Under the pieces are notes generated by a model, which was not told the DNA's origin, made no database searches, and saw nothing but the letters and a program-made list of their open reading frames with translations. A DNA stretch of 63,990 nt, the filler included, from Thermoplasmatota archaeon (GTDB taxonomy: Archaea > Thermoplasmatota > E2 > JACPAO01 > JAHFTW01): the NCBI GenBank assembly GCA_041623215.1. It is 7 parts of 7 records of this genome, joined end to end, with 100 filler letters (N's around TTAATTAATTAA, not from the genome) between each part and the next. Parts side by side here need not be neighbours in the genome. Positions count along the whole stretch, not along the records: positions 20,431 to 30,408 come from JBFJXH010000065.1; positions 30,509 to 39,980 come from JBFJXH010000066.1; 5 more parts are not named here. One strand, given 5' to 3'. Below are positions 20,331 through 31,748 of the stretch, one piece after another (positions within the stretch are counted from its first letter, which is position 1; every line of letters starts with the position of its first letter). The position numbers and the translations under genes are program-made.

Positions 20331-20430
20331 NNNNNNNNNNNNNNNNNNNNNNNNNNNNNNNNNNNNNNNNNNNNTTAATTAATTAANNNNNNNNNNNNNN
20401 NNNNNNNNNNNNNNNNNNNNNNNNNNNNNN
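20331..20430. other. Artificial contig linker
   Basis: N-run/TTAATTAATTAA/N-run. Confidence 0.98.
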
Positions 20431-23400
20431 AGGTTAGCCGGGCCGGCCGTGAATCCGGCTGTAGCGCTGCGGTAGACATTGTAGTGGTCGACGCCGACGT
20501 TGTCGGTGGCGGCGTTCCAGATTAGGTCAATGGCGTCCGGTCCGGTAGCCGTCGCCTGTAAGCCGGTGGCTTGCGACGGGGCTTCGGTGTCGGGCCCATC
20601 GCCGACGGTAAAGGTCACGCTAACTGGGCCATCGTTGAGGGCAAACCCGCTGCCGTCGTCAAACCAGTGTTCAGCGGTGGCGGTCCATACACCGTCAGAA
20701 AGCGTGCCAGCCGGGTTGAGGGTCCAGGTGCCAGCTGCGGCGTTCAGGACCGCATTCCCGTTGACGGATGCACCGGCAGGGCCAGCCAAGTTAACCCGGA
20801 CCTCATCGGTTCCGGGGTTGACGGGGCCGCCGCCATTACTGGTGCTGATGGTGCCGACGTCGGGAACGCGGTCGTCGGCTACTAGGCCGCCAACAGAGCA
20901 CGGCCGGCCGGTCATGGCGTTAGCGTAGACGTCGAACGGCGCACTGGCGGCGGTCGCGAGTTCGCTTGCGGGGTATTCGAGGTGGAGCTCGCCGCTAGCA
21001 AAGTCATACGCGGCGCTGGCCGTGGCTATGTATTCTCCCTGTGCACCAACAGCGTAGTTGTAGATGGTAACCTCGCCGTCGCTGTAGCAGACACCGATGC
21101 GTTCGTCGTTGATGTAGAAGTTGTACTCAACGAGGTCCTCTTGTTCGGCCGAGCTCAGCGTCAAATCGGCGACCGTGAGGTCAAGGACGATGTCGCCACC
21201 GGCCGTGTACGTTGCATCAAGGCTCAGCAGGTCCGTGAAGGGCGTTGCGCCATCACCTGCGGGGTCCGTCGTGCTGGCTCGCGCATCGCGGCCAAGCAGT
21301 CGGCGACCATCTTGTTGCAGGGACAAGTCCATGTCGCGGTCGCTGCCACCGAGGTTGTCGTCACCGTCGATGTCCCAGAGAATGAAACCATCATCTTGGA
21401 ACATGTCGCTGTCCATTTGGTCAACGAGTTGGAACATCTGCTGGATACCGATGTAGTCCACGTAGCCGTAGTTGGATCCGCCACCTTGGACCGAATCGAG
21501 GGCGCACCAGTAGGCTTCTTCGAGCGTGATGACGCCGTCCGGGTCATGGTGGTTCGGGTCGCTGACGGGCCAATCGTCTTGGTTGTCGCCGCTGCCAGAC
21601 AGGAGCGGGTTGGCCAGGCCGGATTCGGGCACGAACGGTCCAAAGCCATCGGCGGCGCCCTTGAAGGTGCACTCGTTGAACATGTGGTCGTAGGTGACCG
21701 CGGGGTTGCCAAAGCACTCGGTAATCCAAGTGCAGCCGACCACGAGGGCGCGGTTTTCTCCTACCACGTTGGCCGAGTCTACCTCGGTCGTCGTGGTGCC
21801 GGGGAACCAGAAGGGCGAATCGCCAAAGCCGCCGCAGAAGGAACAATCGACGAGAATGCCCGCTTCAATGTCGACGCCTTCGTAGGCTGCTTCTGCGTTG
21901 TCCAGAGCGGCGGTAATGGTGTCACCGAAGTCCTTGTCGTGGACACAAGCTTCCTGCAAGGCCATGCAACTGCCCGTGGCGTGGTCGCCGGGGATGGAGG
22001 GGCTGTAGAAGCCGTGGCTGGAGTGCATGATGAAGACACGCGCAGGAGCCCCACCGTTGGCTTCGTTAGCAGCCGCTTGCAGCATGGCTGCTTCGAGGCT
22101 GGGGCCAAACGTGTTGAGTTCGGCAGGACCCTCATAGATACTGCCGCCTTGCTTGTATTCGTCGTCGAGTTGATCGTAGTGCGCAGGGTCACTTTGCCGG
22201 CAAATGTCACCATTTTCATTGAAGAAGTGAATGTTGCTGGTCGGCAGGCCCAACGAGTCGCGAGCGTGGTTGTTGATCTTGTTCGCGATGAGGATATCCC
22301 CATGGCCCAAGTCGTCGTCGCACCAGACGTCGTTGAGGTTCATCAAGAAGAAGTAGTGGGTGTTGGCAAAGTTGCCAGTGCCGCCACTGCCTCCACCTCC
22401 GGGGGAGAACTGACCGTCAATTGAGGTATCACCAGACACTTGCACGGCGCCATCCGTCGGGTTGGTAATCGCCAGCGGCGTTGGGCTGGTGCCCGCTTGG
22501 GGCGTGGCGAGGACCTCGGGCGCAAGGGTTTCCCCAGCACTGTTGTAGGCAGCCACTTCGAAGGCATACGTGACACCGTTCGTCAAGCCGGTGACCGCAT
22601 AGTTGGTGCTCGTGAGCGTGGCCTCAAGGACGTTGTCGACGTAGACCTTGTAGCCAAGAAGCTCGCCGCCGTTGTTAGCGGGGGCACCCCAGGTGAGGGC
22701 CACTTGGCCATCGCCGGCGTTTGCGGTTACGCTTTGCGGCGCGGAGGGTGCGACCACTTGCGGGTCGAGGTTCAGGGTAATCTGTTCGAGAACTGGGTCA
22801 ACGTTATCTTGGTTGGCGCGGCGGAGGTAGAGGAACGCCCAGTTCGTATCCGCAGGTACCGTGCCACTCTTCTCGGCGGGACTCTGGCCGAGGTTGCGGC
22901 CCGTGAAGTCGGTCGGCCAGTCCAGCCAGTCGTTGAAGAAGTAGATGTCTGCGGGTTCGCCGAATTGCAGTTCTACATTGTAGCCGGCGCCGGCGTAGCC
23001 AGTAATGTCGAACCAGTAGCCGTCGACCCCGTTGGCGACCTCCTTGTCGCTGAAGGAGGCGCTCGAAAATAGGCCGGTGCCATCATTGAGTGGCTGACCG
23101 GCGGGCGTGCTGGGCGTGCCTTGGCAGAGGCTGCAGGCAGCCGCGATGGACCCCTGAAGCGCGACGGCGCGTAGGCCGCCACGACTACCCGAGGTAAGGG
23201 GATGGCCGTAGTAATTGAGACCCGCGGGTTGACCGCTTTCTGTATGTCCGGCAATGCCGCTAATGGCAATTTCTCCGCTCAGTGGGAAGTCACCGGCTGG
23301 GTCGTTGGCCGGTTCCTGGATGTCAATCATGGCGCCACCGGTCGAACCTCCAGAGACCGCGATGGTTTTGCTGTCGGTAGCCAGCAGCGTATCGTCAGCG

Positions 23401-26400
23401 TCGAACCACTTGGCCGTCAGGGTCACGGTTGTGCCAGCCTTGTCAGATAGGTCAATCTGCGTGCTCCAAGCATCCGTGGGACTGTTGGCGTCGGTCGCCG
23501 TCGGGTCCGTACCGCGCGGCACCGTCTCTGCGTCAACGTAGACTTCAACGCGTTCGCCGGCAGGTGCGGTGCCGACGCTTACGGCGGCACTTGACTGGGC
23601 GCTGTCCTGGCCGTCGTCAACCGTCAGCGTGACACTGTGACTACCTGCGCTTCCAAACGTCACGGATGTGTCGCACTGATTGGCATCACCGAAGCTGGCG
23701 CCGGCTGCGCTCCACGAGCACGTGTAGGTGCCGCTGCCGCCGCTGCCGGAACCGCTGATGGGGATGGCTGCGTTGACGAGGCCGCTGTAAGGCCCACCCG
23801 CGTCAGCGCTCAGGGGCGTGGGGGCATTACCCAACGTGTAGTCGCGGGCAGTTGCGGGGTCCGTTGCGTCGAAAATTGCGGTGGGTCCCCAGGCGACACT
23901 GGCAAGGTCATTGCCAACGCGCGCGCCTGTAGAGCCCGACATGCGGCTCACGATTGTTCCATCTACGGCTGTGTTGCCATTGCGTGTTACGCTGGAACAA
24001 TCGGTGACCGACGTGCCAGTCGCGTCGACATTCAAGGCGTCGCGAAGGATTGTCCACGAGATTTGGCTGCTGGCGACATTGAAGGAACTGGTGGTTGCGT
24101 CGACGTAGGGGTCCTCGGTCGAGCCGCACGAGTCGTTGTTTGTGGACGCCTTGGCGGAGCCGGAGAATGTAGCACCCGTCACGGCGCTGGTTGCTTGCAA
24201 GCCGTAGCAAACGCGGTCACTGAACCCGGCGTGAGCACTAGTACCGCTGTAGGTGATTGCGTTCGAGTTGACGCAGAATCCAGCTTGATAGACAATCGCC
24301 GAGGCGGGGGTGCTCGGAGGCATGCCACTTAGATCGTCAATTTGCATGACCACGTCAAAGGAATCGGCGTCTTCGTTGGCAATCCAGATTTTCGTGATGT
24401 CAAGGAAAGGTGCTCGGGCATCGCCGGATGGGTCATTGACCTCCGGGTCACTCGATGAGCCCTGCGTGGTGGCAACGTTGGAGAGAAGCTTCTTGCCGCT
24501 GGGCTGCCAGGCGGCTTTCAGTTCGACGCCACCAGCATCGGGGGCCCGGTCGTCCATCACCAAGCCGCCTGCTTGGCCTTCGCCGAAGCGTGCTTCGATG
24601 TGGCCGGTGCACGGGCAATCAGCGCCGTTAGCAAGTAGGTAGGCACGTTCGATGCTCAGGCGAATCTCGCCGGCGGCGGCATCCCACTCGGCGGTGCCGG
24701 TTGCTGCTTGATTGTTGGTTACGTCCCACAGGGACGGTCCGGTGCCTAGGATATAGGACTCAATGTTGAGGCCATTGACGACCACGGCGTAAAGGAAGGG
24801 CGAGTCGCCCGCGCCAACGGGGTGGACCTGCTCAACCTTGATGGTGACATCAAGGCTGTCAGCGTCTACGGCAGTGTCAACCCATTGAATCTCAGTGAAG
24901 GGCGTCGATGCGTCATCATTGGCGTCGCCGATGGAGTGTCCGGCATCGTCGTCAATGGCGCCTGGGAGGCCCGGCGGTGTTGCCGGGTTAAGGACGTTGA
25001 TCCAGTACAGTCCGCCTTGGCGGTTGTCGTGCAGCCAGAGTTGTTCGGAGCCAACGTCGAATTCCATGCCGACGATGTAGTAGCCAGACCAATCGGCCGG
25101 GATTGTGAAGTCGCGGTGGTCATACCGGAAGTTGGAGCCGTCGGTGGCTCCAACCATGTCCACTGGACCGTAAACCACGTCGCCGTCGGGTGTGAAGACG
25201 GTCATTTCAACAGGAGTGGCGACGCCAATCGTGGGTCCAGTACTAATCGTCGTGCGGGAGCTGAAGCTAATGGGTTCGCCAGCGAGGTGAATCGCAGCGC
25301 GGTCGTCTAGCCCAGCGCCGGTGGCGGTTGCCAGGTTGTCCGTTACGCCGATTTGCCCTCCGTTGTAGGTCCAGACGGTTGCGGTGATTCGACCGTCGGG
25401 GACAGGTAGGCTGTCAGCGCGCGCGTCAATGGTGAGCGCGGCGGTGCCGTCGGCACCATCATTGTCAGTTACGGTCAAGGTTGCCGTGTAGCTGCCAACG
25501 GCACTGTAGGTGTGGGCCACTTGTTCGCTGCCACTGTAGGCACCGGCGGCCGGCGTGCTGCCGTCGCCGAAGTCAAGGCTCCACGATTGAACCGTGCCAT
25601 CGCTGTCGGACCCATCAACGGTGAATGTGACCGTCACGGGGGCTTCGCCGCCGGATACATCACTTTGGAGGCTAGCCGACGGAGGGTCGTTGGTGACCAC
25701 ATGGCCGTCGCGGTTTACCTGGCCGCTGACGGTGACGGGGGCTTCGCTGCTGGCGCTGCCCTCAGGTTGCTCAATGGTGACGACGGGGTCGCCTTCGGGT
25801 CCGCCGTACTTCATTTCGTAGGCGGTCATGACGGCCTGATAGGCATCGACGAGACCACGACCACGCTTGTAGTCCCGGCAGATGTAGTTGTCCGGGTCGC
25901 CGCCGCGGTCAACAATCGCCTGGAAGTCAGGGAACTTGGTGAGTACAGTCGGGTCGCCCGCCTTCGCCTTCGCGGCGTCCGCCGGCGTAACAGTACAGGA
26001 ATCTAAGTCAGTGAAGCCGTCGGCCGCGTTGTTGTCCACGGCGTCGCCCCACATGGTGGTGCCCGTGATGCCACGGGCGCCAATGCCATCGCTCCAAGGC
26101 GTGGCGGTCTCAATGAGGATTTTTTCAATTTGGGCCGGCGTCAGGTCGGGGTTGGCCTGTTGCATCAAGGCAACAACGCCAGCGACGTGCGGGGACGCCA
26201 TGCTGGTGCCCGTGGCACCGCCGTAGAACGGCGGGTCCCAGAGCGCGGGGATTCCGGAGGCAGGATTGGCGGTGCTGGCGATGCTAGTGCCGGGGGCGGC
26301 AACGTCAGGCCAGCGGTGGATGAAGTCGCCAGTGGAGCCGGAGCCCGAGCAGCCGTCGCTGCTGCCCGAGTTGATGGCGGCGTTGCGGCTGGAGGATTGG

Positions 26401-27473
26401 CCATCGTTGTAGTTGGCCACACTCAGGACGCCCGGGGTCGGGTTACTGGCCAAGGTGCTGGTCCAAGTCGGACCGCCGCGGTAGTTGCTGGCCGCCCATA
26501 CGACGACGACGCCAGCGTCAACGAGGCGGTCGGTGATGGCGAATAGACTGCCGGAGGCCGGGTTGGCGCCGCATTCGTTTCCGCTGGAGAAGCTCCAGGA
26601 GTTGTTGATGACTGAGATATTGTACACGTCGCGGTTGGTGTACATCCAATCCAACGCGATGTCGGTGAAGAAAAGACCCACTTCGGCGACGCCGAGGCCT
26701 CCGCCGACCAGCTTGGCGCCGGGCGCCACACCCACGTAGGGGCCGGTGGTGAATACTGGGTCGAGGCCGTTGCGGGAGGCAAAGCCGTTACCGGCGGCGA
26801 TGCCGGCAACGTGCGTGCCGTGACCGACGGTTTGGTCACAGTGGGGGTTGTCGGAGGCGTCGCGGCCGGCGGCACTTAGCAAGCCAGGGATATTGACGCA
26901 AGCAAGGACCTTGGCGTCCATGCCGGCGGCTTCTGTTCCGGCATTGCTGGCGGGGGCGTACAGGAGGTCAGGGTGGAGAGCGTAAATCCCTGAGTCCACA
27001 ACGCCGATGGTGACGCCGGTGCCGTCCACAACGCTGCCATCTGGCAACGTGATTTGCGGTCGTTCGGCGGAACTTCCGCCGGGCCACCACTTGTCGCCCC
27101 AGACATCGCGAGCGTACGTAACAGCGGTCGCGTCGTCCATGTCCATCTGAATGGGACGGTCCCATTCCAGGTAGTCGAATCCAACGTCTTGTTCGCGCGC
27201 CGCAATGTCGGCTGCGGCACCACGGACGCCGATGGCTGGAATGGCGTTGAATCGGTACACCGGCTCCAGGCCCCATGCCGCGAACACTTCGTCGCTCGGG
27301 ATATCACTCCAGTCATCGTAGGCGAGAATTGCCTGGGTGTCTCCTTCGGGCATGAAGCTGTCGGCGAGCGCCGTGCCGAAGAACGGTACGGGGCTTGCTA
27401 GGGCGGCTACAATCAGGACGGCCCAGCTGATACGTCGGGCGTTACGGGCGTTACGTGTGTTCATCCAAGACAT
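20431..27473 (-). CDS. Giant secreted S8 subtilase with PKD, FN3 and caspase-like domains (C-terminus truncated)
   Basis: Signal peptide; catalytic triad GVVDSG, HGTHVAG, GTSMASPHVAG; PKD (WSLDFGDG); FN3 (VTGLTNGVTYAFEVAAYN; WNAATDNVGVDHYNVYR). Confidence 0.92.
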
Positions 27474-27562
27474 GGATATTGCTCTCCAGTTGACTCTCGC
27501 TCAAAGCGTCCATGGCGCAGCCACGGAATCACCTACCTGTCACCACCGACAGTGCGAGTTGA

Positions 27563-27593
27563 CCTGTGGACCACAGGGGTCAGAGGTTTAACC
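27563..27593 (-). promoter_or_regulatory. Putative promoter and palindromic operator upstream of the subtilase
   Basis: Palindrome CCTGTGG-A-CCACAGG (27563-27577) next to TATA-like GGTTAAACC on the minus strand. Confidence 0.35.
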
Positions 27594-27753
27594 ATTCCCG
27601 AGCCGAAACGGCCGCAAACCTGGGCATTTCTTTCATGCAATGGCCCGGCTGGAATCGCCTCGTGGCCGGCCTGGTGGCCGCCGGTCCATGTCCAACGCCC
27701 TTGGCCTGCCTGGCTTCGACATCGGCTTATACGAAGCTGCTAGGTCGACCATT

Positions 27754-28773
27754 GTGGAGGCCGCGTCGCTGCTTGCTTGGTACGCTACGTCGGCGCGCGA
27801 TTTGCCGTGGCGAACGGCGGCCCATGCCCGCGACCCTTACGCCCGGCTCGTCAGCGAAGTGATGCTGCAGCAAACCCGCGTTTCCACTGTTGTGGAGCGC
27901 TTTGAAGCGTGGATGGCACGCTGGCCGACGGCCGAGGCCCTGGCAGAGGCGGACGAAGATGAGTTGTTGGCCGCTTGGGCTGGTTTGGGATATTATGCAA
28001 GGGCTCGACGCTTGCATGCGGCGGCGAAGGTTGTGGCATCCAACGGCTGGCCGTCGGATGCGAAAGGCTTGGAGGGCTTGCCGGGACTGGGGCCGTACAC
28101 GGCAGCCGCGCTGGCTTCAATGGTCTTCGATGAGCCTGCGCCTGCGGTGGATGGCAATGTTGCCCGCGTCGTCATCCGGCACGAGGCCCTCTTGCTCGAT
28201 GCGGGAGCCCCCGCTGCCCGGCAGGCCGTGACTCGCCGCTTGGCTCATGCCGTGCCCGAGGCCGGTCCGGGGCAATTCAACGAAGCGCTCATCGAACTGG
28301 GCGCGACTGTATGCACCCCGACGACGCCGGCATGCGACGCCTGCCCCTGGGCCAAATCGTGTCAAGCGCTGGCGAAGCAGGAAGTGGCGTCGTTGCCTTT
28401 GCGGCCGCCGCGCAAGCGGCCCCAGCTTGTTGTCATGACGGCCGGTTTGGCCACGACCGATTCCGATGCCGGCTCGCCCCCGTCGGTGTTGCTGCGTCGT
28501 CGCGGTGGCGGGCTACTCGCGGGGGCGTGGGGCTTGCCCATGTGGCCCACGGCGGAGCCCGCCCCGCCGGGACTAGCGTTGATTGGGGACCAGCCCGCCG
28601 GGACGATTGAGCACGTGTTTACCCATCGTAAATGGCGCGTGGACGTACGCCCCGTGTCGCTGGAGCCCACCTACCTCGACGAAGCCTTCGAATGGGTGCC
28701 CACGCATGAGTTGGCCGGGCGCCTGCATACCCGCCTTGACCAGAAGGTCATGGCGGCCGCCGGCCTCTTATAG
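27754..28773 (+). CDS. mutY: A/G-specific adenine DNA glycosylase
   Basis: RDLPWR, SEVMLQQT, WAGLGYYARAR, LPGLGPYTA, VDGNVARV, Fe-S motif CTPTTPACDACPWAKSC, HVFTH. GTG start chosen from TTATA about 25 nt upstream. Confidence 0.93.
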   Translation: MEAASLLAWYATSARDLPWRTAAHARDPYARLVSEVMLQQTRVSTVVERFEAWMARWPTAEALAEADEDELLAAWAGLGYYARARRLHAAAKVVASNGWPSDAKGLEGLPGLGPYTAAALASMVFDEPAPAVDGNVARVVIRHEALLLDAGAPAARQAVTRRLAHAVPEAGPGQFNEALIELGATVCTPTTPACDACPWAKSCQALAKQEVASLPLRPPRKRPQLVVMTAGLATTDSDAGSPPSVLLRRRGGGLLAGAWGLPMWPTAEPAPPGLALIGDQPAGTIEHVFTHRKWRVDVRPVSLEPTYLDEAFEWVPTHELAGRLHTRLDQKVMAAAGLL

Positions 28774-28793
28774 GACCTGCCTTGGGAACCACC

Positions 28794-29624
28794 ATGGCCC
28801 TCGCGGTGGCAACCCTTCTTTCGGCGCTAGCTGCGGGCCTCGCGGTCGTGGCAGTGACCTGGTTTGCCGACCGAATTGGCGGTTCGGCGGGCGGCTTGTT
28901 GGCCACAGCTCCTGTGACCACGACGGCTGCGTTTCTGTACCTCACGGCCGAGCAGGGGCCGGATGTCATCACGAGCCGCATCCTGCTGGGCGGGGCGAGC
29001 TTGTTCTTCGCCATTGCGCCCATGCCGGCCTATTTCTACATCCAAAAGTGGCTGAGTCGGCCGCCGCTGGTGCTGCGCATTGGGCTTGGCATCACCGTGT
29101 ACCTCGGCCTGTTCACGGCCGGCGTACTCGTCGCCGACGCGTGGGTCCCGCGTGACCTGGCGCGACTCTGGTTCCCGGCCACCTTCCTTCTGGTGTTGTT
29201 GTTTTACCAGACGTTCATGTGCGTGCCCATTGACCCCAAGTACTTGCGCGGCAAGAAGGGGCCGCTCACCTGGTGGGAGGGCGTGCTTCGTTTTGGCGCC
29301 GGCGCGGCCGTCATTTTCCTGGTCGATTGGCTTGGCACCGTCAATCCCACGCTCGGCGCGGCGTGGGCCGTTTTCCCGGGCGTCTTCGTGGTGACCCTGA
29401 TTGTGTTGGGCCTTGGACACGGCGCGGCCTTCAGCGCCCGCGCGGCTCAAGCGGCGAGCCTTGGCGGAGCGCCCCTTGCTCTGTTTCTGGTGACGTACTG
29501 GTTCTTGTTGCCGGTCAGCCCCGCTGCATGGTGGTCCTGGGCCGCCATGGCGTTTGCGTGGGGGGCCTATTTTGGCGCCTTGGTGCCACTGTATCGCATG
29601 CGTAAGGCGAGCGTCGGGTATTAA
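28794..29624 (+). CDS. Multi-pass membrane protein (two-fold internal repeat)
   Basis: About 8 TM helices; halves with similar motifs (GGLLATAP / GAAWAVFP). Confidence 0.7.
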   Translation: MALAVATLLSALAAGLAVVAVTWFADRIGGSAGGLLATAPVTTTAAFLYLTAEQGPDVITSRILLGGASLFFAIAPMPAYFYIQKWLSRPPLVLRIGLGITVYLGLFTAGVLVADAWVPRDLARLWFPATFLLVLLFYQTFMCVPIDPKYLRGKKGPLTWWEGVLRFGAGAAVIFLVDWLGTVNPTLGAAWAVFPGVFVVTLIVLGLGHGAAFSARAAQAASLGGAPLALFLVTYWFLLPVSPAAWWSWAAMAFAWGAYFGALVPLYRMRKASVGY

Positions 29625-29645
29625 CCGGCCTTCCGGTGGCGACGC

Positions 29646-29960
29646 GTGACCTGGCACACCGTGGCACGCCTCGCAGACCTTCCCCAAGGTCAACCCAAGG
29701 TCCACCAAGCTGGCAGCCGGCCGGTCCTTGTCACGCGTATTGGTGACGAGGTTTTTGCCACGGAACCCGTTTGCCCGCACAAGTTTGCCGGACTGGAGGC
29801 GGGCACCGTGGAGCCCAATTGTTTCCTTGCTTGCCCGCTGCATGATGCTCATTTTGACCTTCGCACCGGGGAAACACGACCGGGTGACGAGTGGGCTGGA
29901 ACCCTACCGACGTTTCCGGTTCGCATAGCGGGCGAATCGGTGGAAGTCTTAGCCGAGTAG
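29646..29960 (+). CDS. Rieske [2Fe-2S] ferredoxin
   Basis: CPH...CPLH ligand motifs, FDLRTG, LPTFPVR. Confidence 0.9.
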   Translation: MTWHTVARLADLPQGQPKVHQAGSRPVLVTRIGDEVFATEPVCPHKFAGLEAGTVEPNCFLACPLHDAHFDLRTGETRPGDEWAGTLPTFPVRIAGESVEVLAE

Positions 29961-30073
29961 ATTGGACGCTGCCGCATCCTTTCTTGCCTCGTCGAAGCAA
30001 CGACGGCCGTGGTTTCGACAGGCGACGAGCGGGTCGGCTCCACCGTTATATTCGAGCAAAAGCAGTGAGGTGC

Positions 30074-30408
30074 ATGGTCTCTTGGAAACAAGTGTTGGCC
30101 TTCTCCCCCGCGTTGGTCCTTGCCAACAGCATGCTGGGCTTGTCGCAAGTTCTGGACGCGTTCTTTGATGTCTGGGCCGCCAGTCTCCTTGGCGATTTGA
30201 TTTTCATCGCCGGCACCACAGGCGTGGCCTTTCTTGCCTGGAGGATGCTGACGGCGACGAGTCCGGCGCTTTCTTGGCTGGCTGCGCCCGCGGTTTTTTT
30301 CGCCAATTGGACGACGTATGTTTTGGCCTGGATGGCCACCGGCTCTGCCATGCTCGACGAATGGCAAGGCTGGCAATGGAGTGGCATCCTCGAAACCGGT
30401 TGGCCGGG
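30074..30408 (+). CDS. Membrane protein (3'-truncated)
   Basis: ATG about 25 nt after TTATAT; hydrophobic helices; runs into the linker. Confidence 0.55.
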
Positions 30409-30508
30409 NNNNNNNNNNNNNNNNNNNNNNNNNNNNNNNNNNNNNNNNNNNNTTAATTAATTAANNNNNNNNNNNNNNNNNNNNNNNNNNNNNNNNNNNN
30501 NNNNNNNN
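30409..30508. other. Artificial contig linker
   Basis: N-run/TTAATTAATTAA/N-run. Confidence 0.98.
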
Positions 30509-30509
30509 G

Positions 30510-30848
30510 TTTCTCGCGGTATTCGCCCTAGCCATCTTGGTTGGGCCCACTTTCTTGGAACATGGCCGGGAAGCATTCCGGCATTGGGGTCGTTTCATTG
30601 CCACGAGTGAAATCCTCGTCATGGTAGGAACGTTGGCCCAGATTGGTCTGTTGACGATTGCCCTCATGAGTTACCCTGAGATGAGTCTCTTCGAACGCGT
30701 TGGCGTGGGAACCTTTGGCGCCATGGGCCTGTATGGCGGTGCTCGCGAAGTTTACTTCGGCTTGCGCCCCAATGACGAGCAGGCTGCCCGTGACGCAAGC
30801 CACCGGCCCGGTCACGTGCGGCGCCGTCGCCGCCACGCTCACCCGTAA
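30510..30848 (+). CDS. Membrane protein (5'-truncated)
   Basis: Frame open from the contig edge; three hydrophobic helices. Confidence 0.5.
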   Translation, partial: FLAVFALAILVGPTFLEHGREAFRHWGRFIATSEILVMVGTLAQIGLLTIALMSYPEMSLFERVGVGTFGAMGLYGGAREVYFGLRPNDEQAARDASHRPGHVRRRRRHAHP

Positions 30849-30950
30849 CCGGCACCAGCTGCTGGAGGCCCGTGGGTTGGACCGGGGCATCGTCGCGCCG
30901 AGACGCATACCGGCCCGGTTGCCGCAACCATTTTTTCGCCCCCAGCCGTA

Positions 30951-31142
30951 ATGCCAAGCATGGATGTGCTAAGGGAAGTGGACGCCTTCTGTGCCTCATG
31001 CCAAGACGTGACCCGCCATGTTGTAGTCCGCGATGACCCGGCTAGCTGCTCCTGCCAGCGATGCAATGCACGGCAAGTCTTGGTTGTGCCATTGGCACCA
31101 GCAAGCGGTGGCGATGGCCACGGCGCTGCGGGCGCGGCGTGA
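30951..31142 (+). CDS. Small zinc-ribbon protein
   Basis: CASC...H...CQRC in a 63-aa ORF. Confidence 0.6.
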   Translation: MPSMDVLREVDAFCASCQDVTRHVVVRDDPASCSCQRCNARQVLVVPLAPASGGDGHGAAGAA

Positions 31143-31201
31143 TACCGTCGTAGTTGCGTCCGTTCCCCGCCGCCCAGGGCGTCACCTGGATGAGCCTGGC
31201 G

Positions 31202-31747
31202 TCACACGGTGCTGTGGAAGCGCCACACCTCGTTCCCATCGTGGGTGACGTTCCACCCAATCGCCTGCACCGCCTCCAACGTCACCGAGCGGTCGGGCCA
31301 CTGAATGGTCAGCGCCTCGGCCGGAGCGACTAGGAGTGCCGCTAGCTGTAACGATCCTCCATCGAAGGAGCGGACGATGGTCCATTCGTCACCGCCGAGC
31401 TTCGCCGGTGCGCTCGTGGCAGTCTGAAAGGGCATCGCTAGACCGCTGGCAAGAACGAGTTGTGCACGCTTCACGGGGCTCGAGGACGTGCCGCTACCCC
31501 CGCTGGAGCCGGATGAGCCGCCCCCCGTTCCTGATGAGCTGCTGCCTCCGCTGCCGCTGCCGCCGCTGCTGTCGGGCGCCGGTTCATCAGCCGCCCCCTC
31601 GTCGCCAGGTGCCGGTTCCGGTGACGGCGCTGGTTCGTCGGACGATACCTCGTCGTCTGACATCGCATCATCGGTCCCGTCGCTATCCGAGCCAAAGCAA
31701 CCGGCCGTGACGAGCGCGATGGAGATGGCGAACAGGAGCAGCCGCAT
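31202..31747 (-). CDS. Lipoprotein with acidic/Gly-Ser linker and small C-terminal beta domain
   Basis: Lipobox-like LVTAGC, low-complexity D/E/P/G/S linker; starts 1 nt after the stop of the Hcp-like gene. Confidence 0.75.
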   Translation of the reverse strand: MRLLLFAISIALVTAGCFGSDSDGTDDAMSDDEVSSDEPAPSPEPAPGDEGAADEPAPDSSGGSGSGGSSSSGTGGGSSGSSGGSGTSSSPVKRAQLVLASGLAMPFQTATSAPAKLGGDEWTIVRSFDGGSLQLAALLVAPAEALTIQWPDRSVTLEAVQAIGWNVTHDGNEVWRFHSTV

Positions 31748-31748
31748 G

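Noticed and set aside
31490..31640. GCC/GCT-rich short repeats
   Set aside because: They simply encode the Gly/Ser/Pro linker of the lipoprotein.
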